Made by a program: the position numbers and the translations under genes
Notes under the pieces: generated by a model
The model's database searches: none
Told to the model about the DNA's origin: nothing
What the model saw: the letters and a program-made list of their open reading frames with translations, nothing else
Assembly: GCA_946412015.1 (NCBI GenBank)
Contig: CAMKGA010000004.1
Location: 3,858-67,857 of the forward strand
Direction of reading: 5' to 3'
Origin: an uncultured Bacillales bacterium
GTDB taxonomy: Bacteria; Bacillota_I; Bacilli_A; RF39; UBA660
Length of the DNA stretch: 64,000 nt
Part shown: piece by piece, positions 1 to 10,744 of the stretch
Layout of the letters: the number at the start of each line of letters is the position of its first letter
Position numbering within the stretch: position 1 is the first letter of the stretch

Positions 1-1
1 T

Positions 2-175
2 GCTAAGGTTAATAATGAAGAATATGGAATATCAGCGCGTAGTATTGGAGAGTATGATATACTTAAAGTAATTAGGAAACTAGATGGTGGAGGATCAACT
101 ACTAGTGCGGGGGCTAAGACTAATAAAAGTTTATCTAGTATTAAATCAATTATAATTAAATCAATTAAAGGATAG
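2..175 (+). CDS. 3' end of a DHH/DHHA1-family phosphoesterase (GdpP-like), partial at window edge
   Basis: Frame-2 ORF runs off the 5' edge and ends at TAG 173-175. GGGSTTSAG resembles the DHHA1 GGGHxxAAG motif. Lies upstream of rplI as in Firmicutes gdpP-rplI-dnaB. Confidence 0.35.
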   Translation, partial: AKVNNEEYGISARSIGEYDILKVIRKLDGGGSTTSAGAKTNKSLSSIKSIIIKSIKG

Positions 176-181
176 GTGTTT

Positions 182-619
182 ATGAAGATAATATTATTAG
201 AAGATATTAAGAAAAAGGGTAAAAAGGGAGATATTCTAAATGTAAAAGATGGATATGGGAACTTTTTAATTAATGAGAAGAAAGCTATTATAGCAAGCCA
301 AGAAAATGTTAGAAATTTAGATAGAAATAATGAAAGAAAAAAAGAAGAAGAAGAAAAGTTAATTAAAGAGTGTGAACAAATAAAAAATAAATTAGAAAAA
401 GAAAAAATTGAATTTAAAGTGAAAACAGGAACACAAGATAGAGTGTTTGGTAGTGTTAGTGCAAAACAAATTGAAAAACAACTTAAAAACTTAGGATATA
501 ATATTGATAAAAAAAGTATTAAAATAGATAGTAGTTTATCTAGTTTAGGTACTCATATAGTTAATATTGAATTACATAAAAAGGTAATTGCTAAGGTAAA
601 TATTAATTTAGTAAAGTAG
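182..619 (+). CDS. rplI: 50S ribosomal protein L9
   Basis: N-terminus MKIILLEDIKKKGKKGDI matches the L9 family. ~146 aa, RBS aaaggatagg upstream. The track ORF starts at GTG 176; ATG 182 is preferred. Confidence 0.9.
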   Translation: MKIILLEDIKKKGKKGDILNVKDGYGNFLINEKKAIIASQENVRNLDRNNERKKEEEEKLIKECEQIKNKLEKEKIEFKVKTGTQDRVFGSVSAKQIEKQLKNLGYNIDKKSIKIDSSLSSLGTHIVNIELHKKVIAKVNINLVK

Positions 620-626
620 GTGTTTT

Positions 627-1955
627 ATGAATAAAGAGATTCCAAAAAATATAGATGCGGAACAATCTGTTATTGGATCTATGTTTTTAACAAAAAAAGC
701 AATGCAAAAAGTACTTGAAAACTTAAAAGAGGATTCTTTTTATTTAGATAGTCATAAAAAAATATTTTCTTGTATATATGAATTAGATAGTAAAGGAAAG
801 CCTGTTGATTTAACTACTGTTGTTGAAGAGTTAAATAATAGAAATTGGCTTGGTCAAGTTGGTGGTGTTGAATATTTAACTGAGGTAATCGAGAGTGTAC
901 CAACTGCTGCTAATGTTGATGAATATATAAAAATTGTAGAAGATAAGTTTGTACTTCGTACGCTAATCGATGAGGCAACAAGTATAATTACTGAAAGTTA
1001 TAATACTACTAATGATGTAAACGAAGTAATTGAAACAGCTGAAAAAAAGATATTTGATGTATCTAAAAATATTCGTTCTACTGAGTTTAAGACTATTCAA
1101 GATGTTCTTGTAAAAACTCAAAATGATTTAGAGAAATTAGCTTCTATGAAAGGTGATATAACAGGTATTCCAACAGGATATTATGAACTTGATAAAATAA
1201 CATCAGGATTTCATCCACATGAGCTAATTATAATTGCAGCACGTCCTGGTATGGGGAAGACAGCAATTGCGCTTAATATGGTAAATAATATTGCAATTAA
1301 TGCAAAAAAAAGTGTTGCTTTATTTAATATGGAGATGGGTGCTGAGCAACTTGCTACTCGTATGCTTGCATCAGTCGGTCAAATTGATTCTGGCAAGCTT
1401 AAAACAGGTAATTTAAATCACAGTGATTGGAAAAGAGTTAATGAAGCTGTAAGTAGGCTTTCTGAATCTAGAATATTTATAGATGATACTGCAGGTATAA
1501 CTGTTAATGAAATTAGAGCTAAATGTAGGCGTCTTGCTGCATCTCCATCAGGATTAGATATAGTTGTAATTGACTACTTAACTTTAATTCAAGGTAATAG
1601 TAAAAGTGGAGCAAATAGACAACAAGAAGTATCTGATATATCACGTGCATTAAAGACTATGGCGATGGAACTTGATGTTCCTGTAATTGCTTTATCACAG
1701 TTATCACGTGGGATTGAACAGAGAACAGATAAAAAACCAATGCTTAGTGATTTAAGAGAATCTGGTGCGATAGAACAGGATGCGGATATTGTTGCTTTTC
1801 TTCACTGTAGTGATGAGGAAAGAGAAAAAGAGAATAGTTTAATGGAATTTGTAATTAGAAAGCATCGTAATGGTCCACTTATGGATATTCCACTTATATT
1901 TCAAAGAAATACAAGTACGTTTGCTAATGTTGCGAATTTTGAAGAGGGTGTATAA
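627..1955 (+). CDS. dnaB: replicative DNA helicase DnaB
   Basis: 442 aa with Walker A GMGKTA, RecA-like helicase motifs and a DnaB N-terminal domain. Sits immediately after rplI. Confidence 0.95.
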   Translation: MNKEIPKNIDAEQSVIGSMFLTKKAMQKVLENLKEDSFYLDSHKKIFSCIYELDSKGKPVDLTTVVEELNNRNWLGQVGGVEYLTEVIESVPTAANVDEYIKIVEDKFVLRTLIDEATSIITESYNTTNDVNEVIETAEKKIFDVSKNIRSTEFKTIQDVLVKTQNDLEKLASMKGDITGIPTGYYELDKITSGFHPHELIIIAARPGMGKTAIALNMVNNIAINAKKSVALFNMEMGAEQLATRMLASVGQIDSGKLKTGNLNHSDWKRVNEAVSRLSESRIFIDDTAGITVNEIRAKCRRLAASPSGLDIVVIDYLTLIQGNSKSGANRQQEVSDISRALKTMAMELDVPVIALSQLSRGIEQRTDKKPMLSDLRESGAIEQDADIVAFLHCSDEEREKENSLMEFVIRKHRNGPLMDIPLIFQRNTSTFANVANFEEGV

Positions 1956-3676
1956 TGAAAAAGTTTTTAATGTATTTTAGTGTGATATTAATTAGTATAC
2001 TTGTATTAGTTTTAGCTAGTAGTCATAAAAAGTCTAGGATACCTAATACGTTTTATCAGGTATATTTAGATGGTGAACAATTAGGGATGATTAATTCGAA
2101 AAGAGAGCTTGAAAGCTATATAGATTCACAAGCAGATGTAATCCGTGAAAATGTAAGAGATTATGAAAAAAAGATTAATGCTATTGATGATTTTAACGAA
2201 TTAGTAAGTAGTATTGATGCAGAAAAGATTGGTGCAGATTATCCTGTATTTATAAATATGCAAAATGAAGCTAAAGCTACTTATATGCTTAGTAATAGAG
2301 ATTTATGTAGAATTAGTGATTCAAAATATTCTAATTTAAAATATTACAATTCTAATCGTATGTGGAATTTATCAGATAAAGAAATAAAGGAGATAAGAGA
2401 CTATTACGATAGTAATAAAGTATATTTGGAATCAGATAAAATATATATACCTAATGGTATTGAGATGAAAGAAGTAAAAACATATAAAACATCACTTGTA
2501 TCAACTGAAGCTATGTATAAAAAAATAATTGAAAAGAAGAATTGTACAATACCTGGTTATAAGTTCATTATTCATAGTGATAATAAAGAAAATGAGATCT
2601 ATGTTACAGATAAAGAAATATTCAGCGATTCTATAGATACAATGGCATCAATCTTTGTTGGAGATAATGCTTATAATCAATATAAAGAGGATAATCAACC
2701 AGAAATAGAATCTACGGGAGATATGATTAATAATGTATATGTAGATGAAGATATATCATATAAAGCTGTAAATATATCTACTGATGAAAAAATTTATACA
2801 GATTCTAAGGAACTAGTACAGTATTTATTATATGGAGATAATCATAATGAAACTACTGTAACAGTAAATGCAGGAGATTCAATAAGTAGTCTTGCATATA
2901 ATAATAAGATAAGTGTTGAAGAGTTTTTAATTTCTAATCCTGAATATACTAGTGAAGATAATTTATTATATACAGGCAAACAGGTCAAGATTGCTAAAGT
3001 TGATCCACAAATTAATATTGTCGAAGAAAAATATAGTGTTAATGATGTTGAGTCTAATTATAATACAGTTGAAGTATATGATAGTTCTATGACACAGGGG
3101 GATCAAGTTGTAACACAAGAAGGTGAAACAGGAATAGAGCGAGTTTCACAAAATGTTAAGGTTGTTAACGGTGAGATTGCATATGTAGAACCTGTTAGTA
3201 AACAAACTATTAAAAGTTCTATAGATAGAAAAATTACTGTTGGTACTAAAGTTACACCACATATTGGTAGTACGTCTTCGTGGGGATGGCCAACTAGTCA
3301 AGGTTATACATTAAGTTCAAGATTTGGATATCGTATTGCAGTATTTGGAGAAGGAAATTTCCATTCTGGTCTCGACATAGCCGGAACAGGTTATGGATCA
3401 CCAGTGTATGCTACAAATAATGGCGTAGTTACAACAGCATCTTATGTAGGAACTTATGGACATCATATAATAATAAATCATAATAATGGATATTACTCAC
3501 TATATGGACACTTATCAGGATATGCAAGTGGTATTAAACCTGGTGTAGTTGTAGAACGTGGTCAATTAATCGGATATGTTGGTTCAAGTGGATGGGCAAC
3601 AGGGCCACATTTACACTTTGAAATTAGAACTTGTGAACGATATGCTTGTGTTGTTAATCCAGAGAATTACTTATAA
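1955..3676 (+). CDS. membrane-anchored LysM domain / M23 family metallopeptidase
   Basis: N-terminal TM segment, one LysM-like segment (DSISSLAYNNKISVEEFLISNP...) and a C-terminal LytM domain with HSGLDIA and HLHFEIR motifs intact. Confidence 0.75.
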   Translation: MKKFLMYFSVILISILVLVLASSHKKSRIPNTFYQVYLDGEQLGMINSKRELESYIDSQADVIRENVRDYEKKINAIDDFNELVSSIDAEKIGADYPVFINMQNEAKATYMLSNRDLCRISDSKYSNLKYYNSNRMWNLSDKEIKEIRDYYDSNKVYLESDKIYIPNGIEMKEVKTYKTSLVSTEAMYKKIIEKKNCTIPGYKFIIHSDNKENEIYVTDKEIFSDSIDTMASIFVGDNAYNQYKEDNQPEIESTGDMINNVYVDEDISYKAVNISTDEKIYTDSKELVQYLLYGDNHNETTVTVNAGDSISSLAYNNKISVEEFLISNPEYTSEDNLLYTGKQVKIAKVDPQINIVEEKYSVNDVESNYNTVEVYDSSMTQGDQVVTQEGETGIERVSQNVKVVNGEIAYVEPVSKQTIKSSIDRKITVGTKVTPHIGSTSSWGWPTSQGYTLSSRFGYRIAVFGEGNFHSGLDIAGTGYGSPVYATNNGVVTTASYVGTYGHHIIINHNNGYYSLYGHLSGYASGIKPGVVVERGQLIGYVGSSGWATGPHLHFEIRTCERYACVVNPENYL

Positions 3677-4440
3677 TGAGAGTATGTGTTTTATCAAGTG
3701 GAAGTAAGGGAAATTGTTCCTATATTGAGACTAAAAATCATAAGATTTTAATTGATATAGGTAACAGTTGCGCTTACGTTGAAAGATCTCTTAGATCAAT
3801 TGGTATAGATTCAGATGAAATCGATACTATATTAATAACACATGCTCACATAGATCACGTGGCAGGACTTAGAGTTTTTGCAAAAAAACATAAACCTAAT
3901 ATTTATATGACAGAAAAAATATATAAAGAATGTAATTTGATGCTTGAAAATGTATTTGATATTCCTGCTTATTATGAGATAGATGATGTAAAAATTACTA
4001 GTATAAAAACATCACACGATGTAGATGATTCTAATGGATATATTATTGAAGAAGATGGATTATCTTGTGTTTATATAACAGATACAGGATATATTAATAA
4101 AAGATACTTTAAAAAATTATATGACAAAACTATTTATATTTTTGAAAGTAATCACGATCCAGAAATGCTTATGAATAATCCTAATTATCCTCATCATACT
4201 AAGATTAGAATATTAGGAGATACAGGGCATTTATCTAATCAAGATTCTGCATATTATATGTCAGAGTTTATTGGACCTAATACTAAAAAAGTTTATCTTG
4301 CCCACTTAAGTGAACAGAATAATACATCGGAACTTGCATTAAACACTTTAAAAAAAGAATTAAAAAGTAAAAATATTAAATTTAATAATATTGAAATTAC
4401 TTTTCAAAATGAATTGTCTGAGGTATTCGTATATGATTAA
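3676..4440 (+). CDS. MBL-fold metallo-hydrolase (WalJ/YycJ-like)
   Basis: HAHIDHVAG beta-lactamase-fold motif, ~254 aa. Confidence 0.75.
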   Translation: MRVCVLSSGSKGNCSYIETKNHKILIDIGNSCAYVERSLRSIGIDSDEIDTILITHAHIDHVAGLRVFAKKHKPNIYMTEKIYKECNLMLENVFDIPAYYEIDDVKITSIKTSHDVDDSNGYIIEEDGLSCVYITDTGYINKRYFKKLYDKTIYIFESNHDPEMLMNNPNYPHHTKIRILGDTGHLSNQDSAYYMSEFIGPNTKKVYLAHLSEQNNTSELALNTLKKELKSKNIKFNNIEITFQNELSEVFVYD

Positions 4441-4888
4441 AATAATATGCGTAGGTAAGATTAAAGAGAAATATTTAAAAGATGCAATTAGTGAATATCA
4501 AAAAAGATTAAGTAAATATACTAAGATAGAAATTATTGAACTTAATGATATTAGTAACTTAAATAAGAATGATATTATAGAAAAAGAAGGGATTAATATC
4601 CTTAATCATATTAAAGATAAAGATTATGTTATTACACTTGATATTAATGGTGTTAAAATGGATAGTGTTACATTTGCTGATACTTTATCTAAAACTTTAA
4701 TTATTAATTCTAATATTGTTTTTATAGTTGGTGGTTCATATGGGCTTAGTAATTCAGTTAGTAATAGAAGTAATTTCAAATTATCTTTTTCAGATTTAAC
4801 ATTTCCACATCAATTATTTAGAGTAATATTATTAGAGCAAATTTATAGGGCGTTTAAAATAAATAACAATGAAGAATATCATAAATAG
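4433..4888 (+). CDS. rlmH: 23S rRNA (pseudouridine1915-N3)-methyltransferase RlmH (SPOUT)
   Basis: MIKIICVGKIKEKY... is the typical RlmH start; ~150 aa. Start chosen at ATG 4433 with a gaggt RBS; the track ORF starts further upstream. Confidence 0.85.
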   Translation: MIKIICVGKIKEKYLKDAISEYQKRLSKYTKIEIIELNDISNLNKNDIIEKEGINILNHIKDKDYVITLDINGVKMDSVTFADTLSKTLIINSNIVFIVGGSYGLSNSVSNRSNFKLSFSDLTFPHQLFRVILLEQIYRAFKINNNEEYHK

Positions 4889-4991
4889 GTATTCTTTTTT
4901 AGTTTTCAATTAATTTTCATTTTATGATGATATAATTTTATTGATAAAATAATTATTTTGTATTAGAATATATTTTGCGGATGGGTGATTT

Positions 4992-6329
4992 ATGAAAGAT
5001 GTAATTGAATATTTATTAAAATTACTTAATGATAGTGATTATATTGTTACTGCAATTTCTGGTGGTCCAGATTCGATGTGTTTGTTAGATATACTTATTA
5101 AGGTAAGAAAATCGAAAAAAGTTAATATTGTAGTTGCACATGTAAACCACAATGTAAGAGTTGCAGAAAGTGAGCTTGAAAAAGTACAAGTTGAGAATTA
5201 TTGTAAAGATAACAACTTAATATTTGAGTATATGAAAATAGAAAAATATGAAAATACCAATTTTCATGATTATGCTAGAAGTGTAAGATACAACTTCTTT
5301 AATAAATTAGTAAAAAAATACAACGCTAAATATTTAATGACTGCACACCATGGTGATGATTTAATGGAAACTGTTTTAATGAGAATAGTGAGAGGATCAA
5401 GTTTGTCTGGTTATGCAGGATTTAATAAAGAAAGCAAGTTAAAAGATTATAAAATAATAAGACCATTAATTACAAAAACAAAGTTAGAAATACAAAATTA
5501 TATGGACAGTAATAATTTATGGTATGCAATTGATAAATCCAATTTAAAAGATGTTTACACACGTAATAGATATAGAAAGTATATATTGCCAAAACTTAAG
5601 GATGAAAATGAGAATGTTCATTTAAAGTTTTTAAAGTTTTCAGAAAAAATAAGTGAAGTTAGTAACTTTTTAGAAAAATATACTAATAAAGTATATGATG
5701 AGTTAATTAAAGATAAAAAGATTAATATAAAGTCATTATTAAAAGAAGATAAGATAGTTATTGACAATGTTTTGTCAAAATATTTGTATAGTTTTTATAA
5801 AAATAATATTCATTTGATTAATGATATAAATATTGAAACAATATATAATTGTATGAATAACAAAAAATCTAGTTTATCGATAGACTTGCCAGGTAATTTT
5901 AGATTTATTAAATCATATAACTTAGGATATATTATGTCTGATGAGAATAAAACAATATATAAATATAAACTAAAAGATAATCTAAGTATAAAAGGGTATG
6001 GAACTATAAAAAAAATAGAATCATCAAAAGAAACTGATAATAATATATTATATTTAGATAGTAATGATATTGCTTTACCACTATATGTTAGATGCAGAAA
6101 AATAGGTGATAAGATGCATGTTAAAAACATGAAAGAATTAAAAAAGGTAAAAAATATTTTTATTGATTGTAAGATACCTATAGAATTAAGAGATACATAT
6201 CCAATTGTAGTAGATAGTAATGATAATATACTATGGATACCGGGTTTAAAAAAATCGCAATTTGATAGGAAAAATAGTACAAAGTATGATATAATACTTA
6301 AGTATGAGCAAGAAAGGATGTTTTTATGA
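4992..6329 (+). CDS. tilS: tRNA(Ile)-lysidine synthetase
   Basis: PP-loop SGGPDSM motif near the N-terminus. Directly upstream of ftsH, as is usual. Confidence 0.85.
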   Translation: MKDVIEYLLKLLNDSDYIVTAISGGPDSMCLLDILIKVRKSKKVNIVVAHVNHNVRVAESELEKVQVENYCKDNNLIFEYMKIEKYENTNFHDYARSVRYNFFNKLVKKYNAKYLMTAHHGDDLMETVLMRIVRGSSLSGYAGFNKESKLKDYKIIRPLITKTKLEIQNYMDSNNLWYAIDKSNLKDVYTRNRYRKYILPKLKDENENVHLKFLKFSEKISEVSNFLEKYTNKVYDELIKDKKINIKSLLKEDKIVIDNVLSKYLYSFYKNNIHLINDINIETIYNCMNNKKSSLSIDLPGNFRFIKSYNLGYIMSDENKTIYKYKLKDNLSIKGYGTIKKIESSKETDNNILYLDSNDIALPLYVRCRKIGDKMHVKNMKELKKVKNIFIDCKIPIELRDTYPIVVDSNDNILWIPGLKKSQFDRKNSTKYDIILKYEQERMFL

Positions 6330-8293
6330 GAAAAAAGAGTGTTAAAAGAAGTATTGTTTCTTGGGTTGCTTTAATAATTATATTTTTAGGAGTTATATAC
6401 TTATTTAATGTATTTAACAGAACTATAAATAAATTATCTTATAGTGAACTTATGAAAGCAATGGATAAAAATAAGATTACAGAATTAAATATTACGCCTA
6501 ATGGTAGTGCTGGAATATATGAACTTACTGGAAAAATGAAAAATTATAAAGAAAATGAATCATTTCAAGCATCAGCGCCATTAGCAGATGAAACTATTAA
6601 AGAAATTTATGATGGAAGAAAAGAATATGATTTTGATGTTAGTACATCATCTGATCCATCATCAAGTATATTATTATCATTACTTATAAATGTTTTACCT
6701 ATAGTTTTACTTGTAGGTATTGGTTTTTACTTTATTACAAGACAAATGGGTGCAGCTAATAAGTCTATGGATTTTGGTAAAAGCAAGGCAAGACTTACAT
6801 CGGATAAAGATAAAGTAACATTTAAAGAGGTAGCTGGACTTGAAGAGGAAAAAGAAGAAGTAGCTGAATTAATCGATTTTTTGAAACAACCAAAAAGATT
6901 CCAAAGTATGGGTGCAAGAATTCCTAAAGGAGTACTATTAGTTGGTCCTCCTGGTACTGGTAAAACATTACTTGCAAAAGCAGTTGCTGGAGAAGCTAAT
7001 GTTCCATTTTATTACATAAGCGGTTCAGATTTTGTTGAGCTTTTTGTAGGTGTAGGTGCATCACGTGTTCGTGATATGTTTAAACAAGCAAAACAAAATG
7101 CTCCATGTTTAATATTTATAGATGAAATTGATGCAGTAGGAAGACAAAGAGGTGCTGGTTTAGGCGGAGGACATGATGAACGTGAACAAACCTTAAATCA
7201 ATTACTTACTGAAATGGATGGATTTGGAGCAAATGAGGGAATAATTATTATTGCTGCTACAAATAGACCAGATGTACTTGATCCTGCACTATTAAGACCA
7301 GGTAGATTTGATAGACAAATTACTGTTAACTTACCAGATATTAAGGGTCGTGAAGAAATACTTGAAGTGCACGCAAGAGGTAAAAAGTTTGCTCGTAATG
7401 TAAAACTTTCTAATATTGCAAAAAGAACAGTAGGATTTAGTGGAGCGGATTTAGAGAATTTATTAAACGAAGCTGCACTACTTGCTGTAAGACGTGGTAA
7501 AGATAAAATAACTATGTCTGAAATTGATGAAGGACACGATAGAGTTATTATGGGACCTGCTAAAAAGAGTAAGCAATATACTGAGCATGAAAAAGAAGTT
7601 GTTGCATACCACGAAGCAGGACATGCTGTTGTTGGCATTAAACTAGAAGGTGCTAACGAAGTACAAAAAGTAACAATTATTCCAAGAGGTGCAGCTGGTG
7701 GTTATAACCTAATGTTACCTAAGGAAGAAACTTTCTTATCTACTAAAAAAGAGTTGCTTGAGACAATCAGTGGCTTACTTGGTGGACGTGTTGCTGAAGA
7801 AATACAATTTAATGAGGTTACAACTGGTGCACATAATGACTTTGAAAAAGCTACAAAGATAGCTCGTGCAATGGTTACAGAATATGGTATGAGTGAACTT
7901 GGACCTGTTCAATTTGAGCATCAAGAATCAAGTGTGTTCTTAGGAAGAGATTACAATAAAACACGTAACTTTTCTTCACAAGTAGCATTTGAAATAGATC
8001 AAGAACAAAGAAAAATAATTAATGAATGTTACGATGTAACAAAGAAAATTATAAATGAAAACAAAGATTTACTTGATTTAATTGCCAAGACATTACTTGA
8101 GTATGAAACAATTACTAAAGAACAAATTGAATATCTTGTAGAACATGGTCATATGCCAGATGAAGACGAAAAAAATGATAACAATTTAAATGATAAAACA
8201 TTAGAAGAATTAAAAGAAATAGCAAAAGAAAATGGACTTAAAAATTATAGTAAATTAAATAAAGATGAATTAATTGATAAACTAAGTGAATAG
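6326..8293 (+). CDS. ftsH: ATP-dependent zinc metalloprotease FtsH
   Basis: TM segments, AAA Walker A GPPGTGKT, second region of homology, and the HEAGH zinc-protease motif. Confidence 0.95.
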   Translation: MRKKSVKRSIVSWVALIIIFLGVIYLFNVFNRTINKLSYSELMKAMDKNKITELNITPNGSAGIYELTGKMKNYKENESFQASAPLADETIKEIYDGRKEYDFDVSTSSDPSSSILLSLLINVLPIVLLVGIGFYFITRQMGAANKSMDFGKSKARLTSDKDKVTFKEVAGLEEEKEEVAELIDFLKQPKRFQSMGARIPKGVLLVGPPGTGKTLLAKAVAGEANVPFYYISGSDFVELFVGVGASRVRDMFKQAKQNAPCLIFIDEIDAVGRQRGAGLGGGHDEREQTLNQLLTEMDGFGANEGIIIIAATNRPDVLDPALLRPGRFDRQITVNLPDIKGREEILEVHARGKKFARNVKLSNIAKRTVGFSGADLENLLNEAALLAVRRGKDKITMSEIDEGHDRVIMGPAKKSKQYTEHEKEVVAYHEAGHAVVGIKLEGANEVQKVTIIPRGAAGGYNLMLPKEETFLSTKKELLETISGLLGGRVAEEIQFNEVTTGAHNDFEKATKIARAMVTEYGMSELGPVQFEHQESSVFLGRDYNKTRNFSSQVAFEIDQEQRKIINECYDVTKKIINENKDLLDLIAKTLLEYETITKEQIEYLVEHGHMPDEDEKNDNNLNDKTLEELKEIAKENGLKNYSKLNKDELIDKLSE

Positions 8294-8380
8294 ATTATAT
8301 TCATCTTTTTTATTTATTTATACTTATTGCAATTTTATAAAAAAAAATATATAATTTATATAAGAATAGAGGGTGCTTTT

Positions 8381-9427
8381 ATGGGTAGTGTAGGAAATAT
8401 TTCTTTATTAGAAGAGTTAAAGAATGAATTTGAAAAAAGAGATACTGCTTTAGAAAAGTTAAGAAATAAAAATCATAATGTTTATTATTCTATAGATTTA
8501 GATTTTTTAAAGAATGTTGATCCAAGGTATAAGAGTATTGCTAATGCTATTATTAATATGTATGATAAAATAGTTCCTATTAAATTATTAACAGATGATA
8601 TAGATACTGCAAAAAAGAATGAGAATACACTTAATACAATATATTTAAATTCTAATAAATTAAAAAAAGAAGTAAAAAAAGATTTAGTTAATGTAGTTGA
8701 TTATGTTGATAGAGTATTTAATAGACTAGATATATCAAATATTAATAAGAGTACTCCTTTAGGTATATATATAATAAATAAATATAATTCTTTAAAAATA
8801 TTTTCGTCTAATATTGATATTCAAAATATAAATAGAGGTATGAAAAATCAATCAGAGAGGTTAATTGGGATAAAAGAATTACAGCAATTAATAGAGCAGT
8901 ATAATAAAATAAATTCTATATATAATAAAGATAATACAAAAAATTTTATTAATAATTTATATTATATATTAGGTAATTATATACATTTACTTACAAATCA
9001 AGAATATGAATATACTAAAGAAGCAATAAAAAAGTTATTATCATATCAGTTTAATTTTATAGATAAATATATTTATACATATAAAATTATAGTTTCTAAA
9101 ATATGGCATAGTGATGAATTAAATATGAAATTTGTATGTAATTTAGATTTAGATGATGATAATGTATATATTATGTTTAATAATAATGTTGATAAGTATT
9201 GGACTTCGGGATATATTTGTGATGTACCAGAAGATTTCTTTGATTATTTTAAAATAAATGATATTAATATAATTAATTTTCCTTTACCTAAAGATATTAA
9301 AGATAAATATGCATTAAAAATAGGTGATATAAATAATAATAATGTGAGATTTAATGCAATGTATACTAAATACGATAAAATAGATTTTGATAGTTTACTG
9401 CCTGTTGTTTATTTAAATGAAAAATAA
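8381..9427 (+). CDS. hypothetical protein (Asn/Ile-rich, no recognisable domain)
   Basis: ORF with RBS agaggg before ATG 8381; no motif recognised. Confidence 0.3.
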   Translation: MGSVGNISLLEELKNEFEKRDTALEKLRNKNHNVYYSIDLDFLKNVDPRYKSIANAIINMYDKIVPIKLLTDDIDTAKKNENTLNTIYLNSNKLKKEVKKDLVNVVDYVDRVFNRLDISNINKSTPLGIYIINKYNSLKIFSSNIDIQNINRGMKNQSERLIGIKELQQLIEQYNKINSIYNKDNTKNFINNLYYILGNYIHLLTNQEYEYTKEAIKKLLSYQFNFIDKYIYTYKIIVSKIWHSDELNMKFVCNLDLDDDNVYIMFNNNVDKYWTSGYICDVPEDFFDYFKINDINIINFPLPKDIKDKYALKIGDINNNNVRFNAMYTKYDKIDFDSLLPVVYLNEK

Positions 9428-9457
9428 GTAAGATGAATTTATCTTACTTATTTTTTT
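9426..9457. terminator. bidirectional rho-independent terminator between convergent genes
   Basis: Hairpin aagtaagat-gaattt-atcttactt followed by a T-run, between the stops of 8381..9427(+) and 9448..10653(-). Confidence 0.5.
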
Positions 9458-10653
9458 ATTAGTTTATATATTTTTGTTAGAATTGGTTTAAACACTTTTA
9501 CAAAATTATATTTTTTCTTATTTATTATAAGATCATATTCTCCTGCAAATTCTAATATAACAGCGTTATATTTAGATTTAAATTTAGTAAGAGAATCATC
9601 AAGAGTTCCAGATATTCCTCCTAAATTGCAGTAATGACAATTATTTTCAATTGATATTTTAGCAGCTTCTAAAGCAATACCACCAGAGACATTAAGTTTA
9701 TTTAATCTTAAATCATTTCCTGCATATAAGTATTCACTACACCTATACCCATCATTAATTGGTAGTAATAAAAGTGCACTTGATAAAGTTAGTATATCTT
9801 GTTCTTTTAATAATTCTTTTACTTGACTTATTTCATCTTCTTTTCCATTGTTATTATTTAAAAACTCTAAATACTTGTTTAAATCTACTTTTCCAAATAA
9901 AATACAAGCTCTATTTTTAAAGTTATCCACAATTTTGTTGAAATATTCTTCATTTCTTAAATGTATATTTTTATTCTTTTCAGTACATTTTAATAATTGA
10001 ACAAACTCTTTAATATCTTTTTTATCGTGAGAGCATGTAAAAAATACTCCTCTTTTAGTGTGATAATCACCTAAATAATATCTAAATTTACTTTTAAAGT
10101 TTTTAAGTAATTGTTCATAACTTATAAACTTATTATCTTCATCAATTAATGGTACAGCCATTTGATACCTTGGTTGAAAGTTTTTATGAATATCTTTAGT
10201 ATATCCTGTATGAACATAACCTAATTCTATTAAATTATTATGCTTTTTGTGATATTTATTAGAATATATGTTAAAAGAGATATTTTGATTTTTAAAAAGT
10301 TTTTCACTTACGCAAAAGTTAGGGTCTATTTTAACTAAGTAAACTTTTTCATCTTTAGCAACCTTTTTAATATTATCTGTCATAAACTTAAGTAATTCTT
10401 TATTTTCAAAGTCAATCAAATATCCTCTTGGAATATAAAATATTTTAAATCCTTTATACAATGTTCTTTTTAGTATTGAGCATGCGGCAATTAACTTTTT
10501 ATTTTCATAAACACCGCATAATATATTTTTAAAATTGTCTTTAACATTAGCCCAATTACTTTCTTGCATAAAAGATGTATATTCGAATTTTTTTACAAAA
10601 TTATCATATTCTTTTTTTTCTATATTTATTTTGAATGTATACATATATATCAT
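9448..10653 (-). CDS. FemAB-family peptidoglycan interpeptide bridge peptidyltransferase (FemX/MurM-like)
   Basis: 401 aa with the overall FemAB pattern (QESNWANVKD..., C-terminal region). Confidence 0.65.
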   Translation of the reverse strand: MIYMYTFKINIEKKEYDNFVKKFEYTSFMQESNWANVKDNFKNILCGVYENKKLIAACSILKRTLYKGFKIFYIPRGYLIDFENKELLKFMTDNIKKVAKDEKVYLVKIDPNFCVSEKLFKNQNISFNIYSNKYHKKHNNLIELGYVHTGYTKDIHKNFQPRYQMAVPLIDEDNKFISYEQLLKNFKSKFRYYLGDYHTKRGVFFTCSHDKKDIKEFVQLLKCTEKNKNIHLRNEEYFNKIVDNFKNRACILFGKVDLNKYLEFLNNNNGKEDEISQVKELLKEQDILTLSSALLLLPINDGYRCSEYLYAGNDLRLNKLNVSGGIALEAAKISIENNCHYCNLGGISGTLDDSLTKFKSKYNAVILEFAGEYDLIINKKKYNFVKVFKPILTKIYKLIKK

Positions 10654-10744
10654 CCTTTCTTTAATTATTATAGACTAAAGTAGGACTTTTTACAACTTGT
10701 TTAAATATAAAAAAGATAGTATAATTATTCCTAGGGAGAATGAT

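Noticed and set aside
5810-6130. Antisense ORFs in the provided track (5810..6130-, 7198..7638-, 10972..11208-, 11233..11667-, 14160..14357-, 14720..15100-, 23787..24226- group, 24839..25084+, 31361..31552-, 39136..39591-, 40242..40436-, 41312..41527-, 41634..41900-, 45666..45908-, 46568..46932-, 47820..48017-, 49419..49601-, 51797..51994-, 56085..56291-, 56603..56812-, 58220..58648-, 62419..62718-, 63571..63765-)
   Set aside because: Each lies entirely inside, and antisense to, a longer ORF with clear family motifs. Their low-complexity composition (Ile/Leu/Ser/Phe-rich) is typical of spurious reading of AT-rich coding DNA.
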